NCBI RefSeq assembly: GCF_003918875.1
Contig: NW_025767246.1
Coordinates: 434,001-498,000, forward strand
Origin: Haliotis rubra
Lineage: Eukaryota
Reading direction: 5' to 3'
Length of the DNA stretch: 64,000 nt
The notes under the pieces were generated by a model. It was not told the origin of the DNA. It saw only the letters and a program-made list of their open reading frames with translations, and did no database searches. The translations under genes and the position numbers were made by a program. Shown here one piece after another: positions 38,766 through 52,500 of the stretch (within the stretch, counting starts at the first letter, position 1; each line of letters begins with the position of its first letter).

Positions 38766-39299
38766 AGTAGTAGCAGTAGTAGTGATAGAAGTAGTGGTGG
38801 TGGTGGTAGTAGAGGGAGTAGTAGTTTTATTGATGCTGGTAGTAGTAGTAGTAGTAGTAGTAGTAGCAGTAGTAGTAGTAGTAGTAGTAGTACAGTAGTA
38901 GTAGCAGTAGTAGTAGTAGTAGTAGTAGCACATTATATTCACTGTGACCACTGAAGTACCTGCTGCCACACAATGACCTGGGTTAGAGTCGGTCGTCACC
39001 ACTCCATGCTTGTTACCGATGACCCGGGATCCCGCTGTCAGACACGGTGACTAGGTAGCGAGGGTCTGGCTTCAAATAGAAAGTTGTGACTGAGTGAGTG
39101 TGAATCGAAAACGGGTCTTCACCGTGACGAGCAAACGCATTAAGCACTAGGCTACCCAACAGACCCTACAAACAAAATAATGGGACTTACATCAGATTTT
39201 CTGTGACTGTCAATTGATCTGTACTATTTGTATGGCATCTGTTAACATCGGTGATAAGCCAGGCACTGCATTTTATTAAATTGTTTACTTGATGATTGT

Positions 39300-39580
39300 G
39301 TCATACTGACCCAACCTTCCATTTAATGTAAACTGTTTTTATCACACGCCCCAAATATATATAACAGTTTTTTCATCACCCTCCCCAAATACGTGTAACT
39401 TGAGGACTGTGTTATACTGACCCCAACCTTCCATTTTATATAACATGTTTTCAACACTCTCCCCAAATCCACGTAACATTTTTTCATCATCCCTTCCATA
39501 CAAATGTACCAGTGTTTCTTCAGACGCCCCAAATACGTGAAACATGCTTTCAGCACTTGCTCCAAATACATGTAACATTG
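39300..39580. repeat. Degenerate ~30-bp tandem repeat
   Basis: Recurrent CCCAAATAC.TGTAACA.TTTT. Confidence 0.65.
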
Positions 39581-39599
39581 TACACTGTAGAAAGTGACC

Positions 39600-40510
39600 A
39601 GTTCCTTCGGTAACCTTCGTGTTTGCAGTAAACTGACGTCATTCACTTTCCAATAATGTAAAAAAACCTGCGACTTTAGTCGAGATCTCGTTCAGGCCCT
39701 TGCTCATTCTGAGAGCACAAATACTAAGGTTGCTAAGGTTCTGAAGGATTTTTAGTAATCTGTTTATCAAGGTCACCTAACCATCGAGCCTTTAACATCA
39801 ATCTGAGTTAGTTTCAGCTTCGTGTTATCGATTTCTCAACAATATTTCTAAAATCCAATTTCTTACTCTCAGCGGTAGTCTGATTTATGTTCTATATGCC
39901 AAACAAGCTGTCCTCGAATATGTACGTGAAATAGCAGTCTATGTAAACACAGAAGAAGCTTCAAGGTTCTACAGTTGCTGATTCCAAGACCCGGCGTTCT
40001 GAAGGAGCGGACAGAAAACAGGAAAGTCCTCCACTGGTACCGTCCGGCCAGCACCGTCTGTAAGGGGCTGGGTCTACTTGTCACACACAGATAAGTGAAC
40101 GTCGGACGCTAAATACCGTATATCTTAATCAATGTCTCATTAACTGGAAATGTTTGTATCAATAGATCCCGAAGCGCATAAAATATGGCGTAACTAGATC
40201 TTCGATTAGCTGTCTCCGTGTGAGCGAGGCGGTGTCGAATCGATATAGGGTAATGGATGAATTTCTACTTTTGCGCTTTTTTTGGTGTTAAGTGAAACAA
40301 CAAGCAACCTTATTTCCTGTAACATAGTTTTCCCCTCCCAGTGACGTATGCACCGCCAGGGGTCGCTCAGTATCAACAATGGATAACACCTGTATCGCGA
40401 TGCCACTTTCCTTTACTATGGTGAGGGTGTTAATATCCGGTAAGCCGATGGAGTGTCCATTATTGACCACAGTAGTGGGCAGTGATGGAGGGGCAGCTTC
40501 CCCAGGGTGA
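39600..40510 (-). pseudogene. Decayed member of the same ORF family
   Basis: LTIVKESGIAIQVLSIVDTERP..SLNTKKSAKVEIHPLPY..RRVLESATVE..FGI*NINQTT..KSIT, colinear with 20570-21600. Confidence 0.55.
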
Positions 40511-40625
40511 CTGAGGGTACACAGGAATCTTCCTCTGATGGTTAGTCAATGGTGGGAGAAGTGGTACTTGTGTAGAACTGTGGCTGCTATATATTTCATA
40601 GGCTTTTTAGTCACTTGGTGAATAA

Positions 40626-40787
40626 GGGGCGGTGGGGTAGCCTAGTGGTTTAAGCGTTCGCTCGTCACGCCGAAGATCCGGGTTTGATTCCCCCAGAGGG
40701 TACAATTTGTGAAGCCCATTTCTTGTGACCCCGCCGTGATGTTGCTGGAATATTGCTAAAAGCGGCGTAAAACTAAACTCACTCACT
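40626..40787 (+). mobile_element. SINE family A (second degenerate copy at 40912-41058)
   Basis: Consensus; TSD CTTGGTGAAT. Confidence 0.9.
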
Positions 40788-41299
40788 CTTGGTGAATTAA
40801 TTCGCCCACAGATGGATTGGACCTGTTGAGGACATTGGACCAAAGACGGATGGATTACGTTTACTCTAGTCTGTCTAGAACCGCATTATTTTACCTTCTA
40901 CCCTTTCTCGGGTGGCGGGGTAGATTAGTGATTAATGCGTTTGCTCGTCAAAGACCCGGGTTCGATTCCCCACATTTCACAATGTCTGAAGCCCATTTCC
41001 GGTGTCGCCCGCTGTGATATTGCTAGACTATTGCCAAAAGCGGCGTAAAACCATACTCAATAAAGACAGTCTAGATTTCCCCAGGTTCTCACCATATATA
41101 CCAAGCATCTTCAGACTATATATATGTCAAGAGACTAAGCGTCGATCAATGTTTATTCCAGTTGCCCAACTGCGAGGTTTTGTTGAAGACAGTCTAGCAA
41201 ATACATACAAGTCTTATAGTGTACACTGTACACTCAGTTAAAGACGGTTGTAACCAGTAACTTATAGTCGTACAAGGACAGCTAGTTTCGGTCGAATAC

Positions 41300-41980
41300 C
41301 GTCAAAGATGGATGGGACCTTTGTTACAGACAACCCAAGATGCTTAGGTCCCATTAACCGAAAACGCCTTGGTAATGCTACTTACGGTCGAGCAATTAAC
41401 ATGGCTACGTGTAAAATACCGTCCACAGACGCCTGTGTCAGGTTGACTGAAGTCGACCAAAGTAGCAAAGGTCATGTTGAATCCAGAAAAAATGATGGCT
41501 ATGTAAGTTTTAGTGAACAAGTTTTAGTAAGTGTGTGCAATCCTGAACACAACCGGCCCTGAAGAGAACAACCCTGGACCTAAAACATCGCCCGCCTTCA
41601 GGGCACGCCCTGACGACCTGTCTTCCACCCAGGGCAAGCAATGGAGACTGGTCATTATACACGGACAACTAATTACATAAAGGTTACAGAGACATTGTGA
41701 ACTGTCAAACAGGCAGACTTTAAATTATAGAGTCGCCCAAGACGAGCCCCACTTCCACCATTGATCACTCTTGCATTGCTGTAGATCACGCTGATGTCGC
41801 TTCTACTCGCCCTGGAACATTAATCACGCAATCATGATTAGATTAAGTCTGGATAGATTACACTCGTGGCTCTGGAGATGGGCGGAGTGATACTGTCTAT
41901 CGGAGGCTGACTTTATGACTGATTGGGTATTTACTGAAGTAATGTCAGGAAAACACGTAAACTACCATTTCCATATTGCC
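41300..41980 (+). pseudogene. Decayed member (C-terminal half)
   Basis: QVLVSVC..DEPHFHH*SLLHCCRS..SPWNINHAIMIRL..LWRWAE. Confidence 0.5.
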
Positions 41981-42071
41981 TCCCGGTGACAGCAGTGGAC
42001 ATGCGCAATGCACATGCGTGATCTGTAACCGGAAGTCATCACAGCAGCCATACCTCTTCATATCTAAGGAA

Positions 42072-42262
42072 CGCTTCCGTGGTGTAGTGGATAATGCGCT
42101 TGCAAGAACAGCGGAGGGTCGGGATTCTAGTCCTGTGTGCGTAATATCGGATGACGTTAAAAGGTGGTATTTGTAATTGCTCTGTCTTACGCTCGGCATT
42201 AATAGGCTAAACCAAGGCTTAACGGCGAGTCGGCTCGGACTATTGTGTGTAATTGGGGGTAG
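42072..42262 (+). mobile_element. Old SINE-C, 5' half, split by the LINE insertion
   Basis: Degenerate match to the SINE-C head; the rest resumes at ~43081. Confidence 0.7.
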
Positions 42263-43080
42263 CGAAGGTTCGAAGGTTTTTATTTTCTCAACTTCCAACA
42301 ACGGTGGTACATGAGTGAACTGGAAAAATATTCTATACACATATACACCAAGATGGCATCGGAGAGATATAATTGAGGCAGGATAATGTACAATACAATA
42401 TACATGTACATACATATTCATATATACAAGGGTGTCATTAGAGAATGATACAAACATTTAATTACATGTATTTATATCTAAACTTCTATTGATACATTTA
42501 ATAAATTTTGACAAGTCTTTAATGTATTTAGCTTACAAAGTAATCTTTTGAGTGTATAAAGGTTGGGCCAGTTATTGACGTACTGAGGTATGTACAGCTG
42601 CCGCTGTTGGTGAAGAGTTTGGCACCTGAAAAGATAGTGAAACTCATCACCAACAGCGGGTGAGTTACATAATTTACATAAACGATCATTTCTTGGAGTA
42701 TTTGTCCACCGGCCAGTTTCAACGGGTAGATAATGGTTACGAGTTCTAAATTTAAGAATAGGCATGTAAATTGATTTTGGCATATAAAGGTACGGTTCAA
42801 AAGATAAATCCTGTTCATAATATTTGTTATAAAACCCCTTGGAACTTTGTTCGACGGACCTTCTCCAATTTTGTAAATTTTGGTCCTTGAGTATCTGTTC
42901 TACTGTTGAGGCTAGCCACGTGGTGGTGCAAGTGGAAGGGTTATCATATATTTCGTTTAACCAGCAATCATTAAGAATTTTTTTTACAAATGAAAACCAT
43001 CTCAGTCGATGTAACATATCTGGGACATTAACTTGAATATAATTGTACAGTTTACTGGAGATTTTCAAAGTACTAGTACA
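42263..43080 (-). mobile_element. 5'-truncated non-LTR retrotransposon (RTEX-like ORF2 C-terminus plus 3' UTR)
   Basis: ORF 42478-43104 has KFRTRNHYLPVETGRW...RLCKLC...GDEFHYLFRC, the C-terminal CCHC region typical of LINE ORF2; inserted within a SINE. Confidence 0.85.
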
Positions 43081-43081
43081 A

Positions 43082-43840
43082 GTAGCCATGATAACCTTGG
43101 ACATGATGTCTCAATGGGTTAGCACTGGTAACCGTCCGCATACTGTGTCTAAGTGGGGTAGCCATGATAACCTTGGACATGATGTCTCAATGGGCTAGCA
43201 CCGGTAAAAGTCGGTATACTGTGTCTAAGTGGGGTAGCCATGTTACACTTGGACACGATGTCTCAATGGGCTAGCACCGGTAAAAGTCGGTATACTGTGT
43301 CTAAGTGGGGTAGCCATGTTACACTTGGACACGAAGTCTCAGCCGGCTAGTACCGGTAAAAGTCGGTATACTGTGTCTAAGTGGGGTAGCCATGTTACAC
43401 TTGGACATGAAGTCTCAGCCGGCTAGTACCGGTAAAAGTCGGTATACTGTGTCTAAGTGGGGTAGCCATGTTACACTTGGACATGAAGTCTCAGCCGGCT
43501 AGTACCGGTAACCGTCCGCATACTGTGTCTAAGTTGGGTAGCCATGTTAACCTTGGACATGATGTCTCAATGGGTAAGCACCGGTAACCGTCCGTATACT
43601 GTTTCTAAGTGGGGTAGCCATGTTACACTTGGACATGAAGTCTCAGCCGGCTAGTACCGGTAAAAGTCGGTATACTGTGTCTAAGTGGGGTAGCCGTGTT
43701 ACACTTGGACATGAAGTCTCAGCCGGCTAGTACCGGTGGGCCACCAACGGGTATCAATGGGCTACCAACTGTAAAAGTCGGAAAACTGCGTCCAAGTGTG
43801 GTACCTATGTTACACTTGGACATGCTGTCTCAATGGGCTA
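43082..43840. repeat. 76-bp minisatellite (~10 copies) derived from the SINE-C internal domain
   Basis: Unit TACTGTGTCTAAGTGGGGTAGCCATGTTACACTTGGACATGAAGTCTCAGCCGGCTAGTACCGGTAAAAGTCGGTA; period 76 at 43141/43217/43293/43369. Confidence 0.9.
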
Positions 43841-43999
43841 GCAAATAGTCCGGGGCAGTAGCTACACACACATGCGCGCGTAGGTGCACGTCGGTATTAT
43901 AACGGACATGATTTCCGAGTCCCCTTATTGGATTCGAACCACGGGCCTTCTGTTCCAAGGTCGGACGCCGTGTCCACATTACCAAAGAGGTGAATCCCA

Positions 44000-44540
44000 T
44001 CAGCAAATAAGTATGTCAACGTTTGAATTTCCTCACTCTATACTATACCATATAACTGAAGTAATATTCAACGGGTCATGGAACACTATTTCATCCAACC
44101 AAACCTCGTCTTAATGCTGGGCCGGACAATCCATTGATCAACAGCTACTGATCAAAGTTCAAGCCATTGTTCAAGATAAACTTGAAACTTCTGCCAAGTG
44201 ACTTTGCAACATCGCTTGATTCTAAACCCACTGAGTTTGATCAAATAAGGTGGCACTTGATAAATGACATTTATCTAACCGAGACATTTCCTGTCAACGT
44301 TACGCCATATTTATTTCATTCTCTATTGACAGCGTACACTAGAGGACTTTTAGCGGATGATCAATGGTTTTAATGTAGACTGTCCAGATTCCAGGACAAA
44401 TATTCTTGCGGGGAAAATGTCAAGTGTCAAATACCATTTAAGCACATTAGGAATTCGGTTGGCTATATTCTGTGGGAATTATATGATATATAGAAAAGAT
44501 AACGGTAGTTGTAGAGTTTGCCTCACCTGGTACCGTGTTT
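44000..44540 (+). pseudogene. Decayed member (N-terminal part)
   Basis: FPHSILYHITEVIFNGSWNT..CWAGQSIDQQLLIKV versus YHSTLY..TWANRESDPRLSVTV. Confidence 0.5.
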
Positions 44541-45329
44541 AGAATTGACATATTTATTCAAGTAAGTGGGTGGGTGGGTGGGTGAGTGAGTGAGTGAGTG
44601 GGTGAGTTTTGGGCGAGTAGGTGGTTGCAGGCGTAAGTAAGTGAGTGAGTGAGTGGGTGGGTGGGTGCAGGCATACGTGAGTGAGTGGCTGGGTGGGTGA
44701 GTAGGAGGGTGGCTGGGTGGTTGCCGCATGCCTGAGTGAGTGAGTGAGTTTGGTTTATGCCTCGTCACTTTCATGTTTGAAAGAAAGATGAAGTTAAGTC
44801 TCCCTGATACGGCTACCGCTTTAATGAAACCCACCACGGATGGTGGCAAACCTAGAATTACTCAAGGTGAAAGTAGGATTTGAACCATGATAACAGGTAT
44901 CAGGCTCCACATGACCCAGCCTCGCTGCCCAGGTTCCGCCATGGACAGTGTTTTGTCGTCCAGAACATCGAAGCCTGCCAAGGTAGCAAATTGAAAATCT
45001 CGGTTTTTAAGATAATGAGACTTTGAGTACCATCTGACGTCATCACAGAGAGACATGAAAAGGTTTAGTGACAGACGATGACGTGCTTTTTTCAATTCAC
45101 GCGAAATGGTCTTTTTAAACCGATAAAATCAAGTAAAATCAGGAGTTTCAAAATGTTTTTTTCGTTAAGTTCGCATGTCGTTATATTTCAATTTAGTAAC
45201 AATGTGAAATGCTACCACAAAAACTATGGATAAAGGATAATTATATTTCCCCCAGCACTTTGGCTACATTCTGGAACTGTAATTACATGTTACATAATCG
45301 GTTGCTTGGTTACCTACGGCGTGTGTGAA

Positions 45330-45811
45330 ATTAACGGTTTTGAGTTTTCCGCTTTGTGGTTAATGCCTGTATTGGGAGGTGACGACGGGCATTGATGCAG
45401 CCAAAGTGTACATTCGCACGTACAACGATGCCGTTGTGCAGTGGTGTTGAAGATGAAGGCGAAAGAATACACCGACTCTGCATTGATCGGGATTCACCTG
45501 GGACACGTTGTACATCCCACAAGGGACGTGTAAAAACCTTTTTAAACACATTTAAAGCCCCGGGCTGCAATCCAGCCTAGGAGCTTGTGCGGGAGATTTT
45601 GTAACGGGTCTGATCAAAGGTGAAAGTCCTTTCAACAAGGTAATGTGGTAGGGATGTAAACTGAGATACAATAATGCAGTAATACAGTGAAACCACTCTT
45701 TTGATGGAGATGTTTACAGTATGTAACAACACCGACTACAGCAATGTTACAGCTATATAACAACATACATCACGTCATCATAATCAGTATCTGCCGCGAT
45801 GATGATGATGG

Positions 45812-45858
<47 letters not shown>

Positions 45859-46420
45859 GTGATCATTATCATCATCATCATGAGGAGGAGGAGCGGCGGC
45901 GGCGATGATGGTGATGAGCATGGTGATGATGANNNNNNNNNNNNNNNNNNNNNNNNNNNNNNNNNNNNNNNNNNNNNNNNNNNNNNNNNNNNNNNNNNNN
46001 NNNNNNNNNNNNNNNNNNNNNNNNNNNNNNNNNNNNNNNNNNNNNNNNNNNNNNNNNNNNTGATGATGCATCACCTGACACATTCGCATCACCTGACTAA
46101 TGCATGTGTAGCTACCATAACCTAACAGTACACACTAATGTGGACAAACATCTCATATTTCCTGCATTGTCAAGTTGTGTGGCTGACCACTGGCTGTTCG
46201 CCTCCCGTCAAACAACCCCCGCCTCCTCCCCGAGTATGTGGGGGCATCAGTCTACATACGTACATGAATCCACTCCTAATGGAATCCATTTTAATTCCTT
46301 CACCTCCGACGGGATAGAGTGTCTCACCTTCACACAAGCAGCGCCACGAGGGATCATGGTTGGAATATCGGTTTGTAAACAAAATTTCTATATTCGGAAT
46401 ACGTTAAAGGTAAAAATGGT
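45330..46420 (+). pseudogene. Decayed member split by (GAT)n and the gap
   Basis: GERIHRLCIDRDSP..LTVHTNVDKHLIFPAL..IMVGISVCKQNFYIRN. Confidence 0.45.
45933..46060. other. Assembly gap
   Basis: N run within (GAT)n. Confidence 1.
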
Positions 46421-46466
46421 AATTGTTTGTAGTAGTGGCATCACAGCGGTGGAGGCAGTGGGTTAG

Positions 46467-46640
46467 GTGAGTGAGTGAGTGAGTTTAGTTTTACAGCATT
46501 TTTAGCAATATCCAGCAATACCACGGAGGGTGACACCAGAAATAGGCTTCACACATTAATTGTGCCCATGTGGGGAATCCAACCCGGGTCTGCAGCGTGA
46601 CGAGCGAACGCTTTAACCACTAGGCTATCCCACCGCCCCC
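46467..46640 (-). mobile_element. SINE family A
   Basis: Consensus match. Confidence 0.88.
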
Positions 46641-46859
46641 AGTGGTTGGCCTTGTAGCTGCAGCGTTCGCTTGTAAAACTATATATCTGAGTTCGAATTC
46701 TAACTTTGGTACTCTGTGTTACTCTTTAAATTAATAATACACCGAACTCAGACCAGTTACTGATGGACAAGTCATATTAGTCAAATTTGTGACAAGTAAC
46801 ACGCATTTAATTATGAAAGCGAACCCGGGCATACGGCGTGACGAGCAAAAGCCTTTGTC

Positions 46860-47500
46860 ACTTGGCCTCCTCGCAGCCTTAGTCAAAATAGGAGAGCGCT
46901 GTAAACTATTGTATGCTAACAGCATTAAGCTACTACTCGTATACAAAACCGATTGTCTTGGGTATTACGCCAAAAGCTCTCAGCTGCAACCGTTATGTGT
47001 TTCTTTGCAAGCATTGGTAAAATTCGATAGAGTAACGCTTCCTGCAACGGGTGTGTACAATTAACTGAATCACAAGAGTTCTTGCGGGATCGTCGTGCTC
47101 AACAGAGCGTTACGGAATCTGTATTGACAGTGATTCTTCCTGTTCCACATACGATGTGACAGAATTCATCCCAGCTTGGTGTTCCAAGAGAAAACCATCG
47201 CCATCGATATTACATTCATTGAATCTGAATATATGCCCATAGACCAAAGTCAGCCTTTTGCAAAATGTTTCTGTTGAAATGCATTCAACTACCAAGGCTT
47301 CCGATGGCCATGTTGGTGTCTGGGGGGTGAAGGCAAACACAACTACAATGTGGATCCCCGCACCCCCGGGGATGTGATGAAGGTCGGTCGATAGCGCGTG
47401 CTGTATTCCCAAAGGAAAAGCGTCTGGAGATTTGAGGTCTCGGGAGACAATCCCCCCATAATGCTGGAAATCCCAAGGGAGAAGGTCATTTCTAGGTCTG
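46860..47500 (-). pseudogene. Decayed member of the same ORF family
   Basis: IPGGAGIHIVVVF..LIVHTRCRKRYSIEFYQCLQRN. Confidence 0.45.
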
Positions 47501-47689
47501 TTTAATGTTAGCCAAGGGATTCATTCATCGACAGCTAATGCACACGGCATTAAATGGAGTTTAAATATGATGCATTGTATTTAACATTTGCTTGAAATGT
47601 TGCATCTAAACGAACGCCACTGGATGATCTAAAGACTAAAAAGACCCATCCCGTTACACATGCGAGACTATGGCTTGCCGTTTTCACAT

Positions 47690-48140
47690 TTATTAAGAAA
47701 TTAAAGATATCTTCAATAATTATAAAGATATCTGTATTCTATTTAAAGATTCCAAAAATGATTTAAAGATATCGGTAAGTAATTGAAAATATCTTAATTA
47801 ATTTCTGTTTTTCAACCAGAATTACTGATATCTCAAAATGTTATAGAGATATCAAGGGCATGTTTCGTGATATCTCTAAATGAATTTAAGATATCAATAA
47901 AACAATTACGATAGTGCACATTATTGTATTAGAAATTAATTCAAAATATCTTGAATCCAATTCATGATTTCCGCAATTCTTTTCAATTCTTTTTATTTTT
48001 TTAATACGTTTCATCATATCGTTAATTTCTATTTTTCCTTAATATTATGACTTTTATTGCAGAGATCAATGATTATCAATTCAGTTCAAGATATCTTCAA
48101 TTCAAGATGTCTCTATTTTCATTCAAGATATCTTTAAAAC
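47690..48140. repeat. AT-rich element with ~21-bp periodic GATATC motifs (likely non-autonomous DNA element)
   Basis: Repeated AAGATATC. Confidence 0.5.
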
Positions 48141-48519
48141 AATATAAGATACCAGTATTTCGTAATACATGTAAATACGACTTGCCATAGGAGAGAGCGC
48201 GAGAAATGAGGAGAGGGGGGCGGGTTGAGAGAGAGTCCCTTTATTGTACACATAATTATGATGTGATAAACTCCATCTGGAGTAAGAGATCTTGCGGTAA
48301 GTTGATGGATGAGTCTGTACACATAGCACCGCGTGTTAAGGAAACCAGTTGAGAGCCAACATCTGCTGCTGACAGATCGCCAGAGTGACGACATGGGTCT
48401 TCCCAGCCGCCTGTGGCTCGGTAGCTTTCTCCACATTCACGTGTTGAATGAAATGGCATGGTGACCATGCCTACTGTAACCGCCTGTGGTCTGCGTTCGT
48501 GATATGACATGATCCTCCT

Positions 48520-50625
48520 ACCTACATCCACCTGTAGGATGTGTTCGTGACAACCACCTGTAGGATGTGCTCGTGACAACCACCTGTAGGATGTGCTCGT
48601 GACATTCGCCTGTAGGATGATCGTGACATCCACCTGTAGGGTGTGTTCGTGACATCCACATGTAGGATGTGTTCCTGACGTCCACCTGTAGGATGTGTTC
48701 GTGACATCCACCTGTAGGATGTGTGCGTGACATCCGTCTGTAGGGTGTGTTCATGACATCCACCTGTAGGCTGTGTTCGTGACATCCACCTGTAGGATGT
48801 GTTCGTGACATCCACCTGTAGGATGTGTGCGTGACATCCACCTGTAGGATGTGTTCGTGACATCCACCTGTAGAATGTGTTCGTGACATCCACCTGTAGG
48901 GTGTGTTCGTGACATCCACCTGTAGGATGTGTTCGTGACATCCACCTGTAGAATGATGTGTTCGTGACATCCACCTGTAGGGTGTGTTCGTCACATCCAC
49001 CTGTAGGGTGTGTTCGTGACATCCACCTGTAGGATGTGTTCGTGACATCCACCTGTAGGATGTGTTCGTGACATCCACCTGTAGGATGTGTTCGTGACAT
49101 CCGCCTGTAGGATGTGTTCGTGACATCCGCCTGTAGGATGTGTTCGTGACATCCACCTGTAGAATGTGTTCGTGACATCCACCTGTAGAATGTGTTCGTG
49201 AAAACCACATGTAGGATGTGTTCGTGACAACCACATGTAGGATGTGTTCGTGACATCCACCTGTAGAATGTGTTTGTGACAACCACCTGTAGAATGTGTT
49301 CGTGACAACCACATGTAGGATGTGTTCCTGACATCCACCTGTAAGATGTGTCCCTGACGTCCACCTGTAAGATGTGTTAGTGGCATCCACCTGTAGAATG
49401 TGTTCGTGACATCCACCTGTGGGATGTGTTCGTGACATCCACCTGTAGGATGTGTTCGTGACATCCACCTGTAGGGTGTGTTCGTGACATCCACCTGTAG
49501 GATGTGTTCGTGACATCCACCTGTAGGATGTGTTCGTGACATCCACCTGTAGGATGTGTTCGTGACATCCACCTGTAGGGTGTGATCGTGACATCCACCT
49601 GTAGGGTGTGTTCGTGACATCCACCTGTAGGATGTGTTCGTGACATCCACCTGTAGGATGTGTTCGTGACATCCAACTGTAGGGTGTGTTCGTGACATCC
49701 ACCTGTAGAATGTGTTCGTGACATCCACCTGGAGGATGTGTTCTGTGTTCGTGACATCCACCTGTAGGATGTGTTCGTGACATCCACCTGTAGGGTGTGA
49801 TCGTGACATCCACCTGTAGGGTGTGTTCGTGACATCCACCTGTAGGATGTGTTCGTGACATCCACCTGTAGGATGTGTTCGTGACATCCACCTGTAGGAT
49901 GTGTTCGTGACATCCAACCTGTAGGGTGTGTTCGTGACATCCACCTGTAGAATGTGTTCGTGACATCCACCTGTAGGATGTGTTCGTGACTGTAGGATTC
50001 ACCTGTAGGATGTGTTCGTGACATCCACCTGTAGGGTGTGATCGTGACATCCACCTGTAGGGTGTGTTCGTGACATCCACCTGTAGGATGTGTTCGTGAC
50101 ATCCACCTGTAGGATGTGTTCGTGACATCCACCTGTAGGGTGTGTTCGTGACATCCACCTGTAGGATGTGTTCGTGACATCCACCTGTAGGATGTGTTCG
50201 TGACATCCACCTGTAGGATGTGTTCGTGACATCCACCTGTAGGATGTGTTCTGTGTTCGTGACATCCACCTGTAGGATGTGTTCGTGACATCCACCTGTA
50301 GGATGTGTTCGTGACATCCACCTGTAGGATGTGTTCGTGACATCCACCTGTAGGATGTGTTCGTGACATCCACCTGTAGGATGTGTTCGTGACATCCACC
50401 TGGAGGATGTGCTGTGTTCGTGACATCCACCTGTAGGATGTGTTCGTGACATCCACCTGTAGGGTGTGTTCGTGACATCCACCTGTAGGATGTGTTCGTG
50501 ACATCCACCTGTAGGATGTGTTCGTGACATCCACCTGTAGGATGTGTTCGTGACATCCACCTGTAGGATGTGTTCGTGACATCCACCTGTAGGATGTGTT
50601 CGGCACATGCCAAGGTCGTCATAAC
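48520..50625. repeat. 26-bp minisatellite (~80 copies)
   Basis: Unit GTGTTCGTGACATCCACCTGTAGGAT. Confidence 0.97.
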
Positions 50626-50979
50626 TACATCCACCTGTACGCAGCGCACATGACGTGGCATGGTTGCCCTTCCAACAGCCCATGTATCTCTGTGTCAAGG
50701 TGGGCGACATGTACATAACACTGCTTCATTATGCCAACGACATTGTCTTTTCTTGACTGTGCGCGTGTGCTGCATGCGGGGACAAGCTGTTTCAAGTGGC
50801 GTCTCATAATTAACACGAAGAAAACTCAAGCATATGCAGTTGGGGAATAACTCTTTACCTTGTAAATACATTACTGGTGAGGACACACTGGACTATTAAA
50901 GTCCTCGGTTTGTGATTTGATGTTCATCTCGACACGAAATAAGAGACATTACTAAGGAGACACGTCTACTTAGAGACAC

Positions 50980-51955
50980 GTGGGGTACTTGTGGTACCTG
51001 GATGGATACTGGCGTAATAGTGAGGGTGGGGTACTTGACGTACCTGGACGGAGGATAGTGAGGGAAGGGGTACTTGATGTACCTGGACGGAGGATAGTGA
51101 GGGAAGGGGTACTTGACGTACCTGGATGGAGGATAGTGAGTGGTGGGGTACTTGAAGTATCTGTAGGGATAGTGAGGGTGGGGTAACGTATCCGTAGGGA
51201 TTGACGTACCTGGATGGAGGATAGTGAGGGTGGTGACGTACCTGGACGGAGGTTATGAGGGTAGGGGGGACATACCTGGAGTGAGGGTGGGGCACTTGAC
51301 GTACCTGGACGGAGAATAGTGAGGGCAGGGGTACTTGACGTATCTGGATAGAGGATAGTGAGGGAATCTGTAGGGGTGGGGTACTTGATGTACCTGGACG
51401 GAGGATAGTGAGTGGTGGGGTAATTGACGTACCTGGATGGAGGATAGTGAGTGGTGGGGTACTTGAAGTATCTGTAGGGATAGTGAGTGGTGGGGCACTT
51501 GACGTACCTGGACGGAGGATAGTGAGGGCTGGGGTACTTGACGTATCTGTAGGGATATTGAGGGAAGGGGTACTTGATGTACCTGGACGGAGGATAGTGA
51601 GGGATGGGGTACTTGACGTACCTGGACGGAGGATAGTGAGGGCAGGGGTACTTGACGTATCTGTAGGGATAGTGAGGGTGGGGTACTTGACGTATCTGTA
51701 GGGATATTGAGGGAAGGGGTACTTGATGTACCTGGACGGAGGATAGTGAGGGAAGGGGTACTTGACGTACCTGGACGGAGGATAGTGAGGGTGGGGTACT
51801 TGACGTATCTGTAGGGATAGTGAGGGTGGGGTACTTGACGTATCTGGTAAGGATATTGAGGGAAGGGGTACTTGATGTACCTGGACGGAGGATAGTGAGG
51901 GAAGGGGTACTTGACGTACCTGGACGGAGGATAGTGAGGGAGGGGTACCTGGAGT
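50980..51955. repeat. Compound ~36/39-bp minisatellite
   Basis: GGGGTACTTGACGTACCTGGACGGAGGATAGTGAGGGAA interspersed with the ...GTATCTGTAGGGATAGTGAG variant. Confidence 0.93.
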
Positions 51956-52500
51956 ACCAGACCGAGCCAAGTGTTGATCTAATCTGTTGGGTTTCATTTA
52001 TTTTTTCATAACACAAAATAAGTAGAAACATCCATGGACATGCATTTTCTTCGACAGACTGAATATCGTTTGTGACATGGCCTTCAATAAAATGACGCCA
52101 TAAGATGCCCAAAGCATTCTTCAACACCTTTCAAATAGGTCAGAACAAATGCCAACATTAATTCTTGCCTTGGCAAACAGAAGACAAGATCACGTAGTAT
52201 AAAACCTATTAACAAAGGCTCAAGGATCACTGGAGATAATGAGTGCAGACAACGGCCCTCAATACCGACATTCTATTACATTCAGGTGCTTCTTGTCCGG
52301 AAACAAGATGGAGATGGCTCCAGGAGGCCACCGCTCGAGGCATCTAGACAGGACATTATGCCCCTCCCCGGAAAACCTGACAGGGGGCGCCAGTGGAGAG
52401 CTTTTGAATCTTTACTCACCCAGGGGAATATATTTTTCTCAAGCAGCGAGTGGTAAGATTACTTTCCATGACGCATCGTCGGCTCGTACGTGGATTGGAA
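51950..52500 (-). pseudogene. Decayed member (C-terminal half)
   Basis: ARINVGICSDLF..SVEENACPW..SVW. Confidence 0.4.

Noticed and set aside
45784-46125. Poly-His and poly-Met ORFs
   Set aside because: (GAT)n microsatellite spanning an N gap.
48518-50716. 732-aa and overlapping ORFs
   Set aside because: Product of a stop-free 26-bp minisatellite; all three frames are open with the same cyclic peptide.
50966-52127. 343/385-aa repeat ORFs
   Set aside because: Minisatellite-derived.
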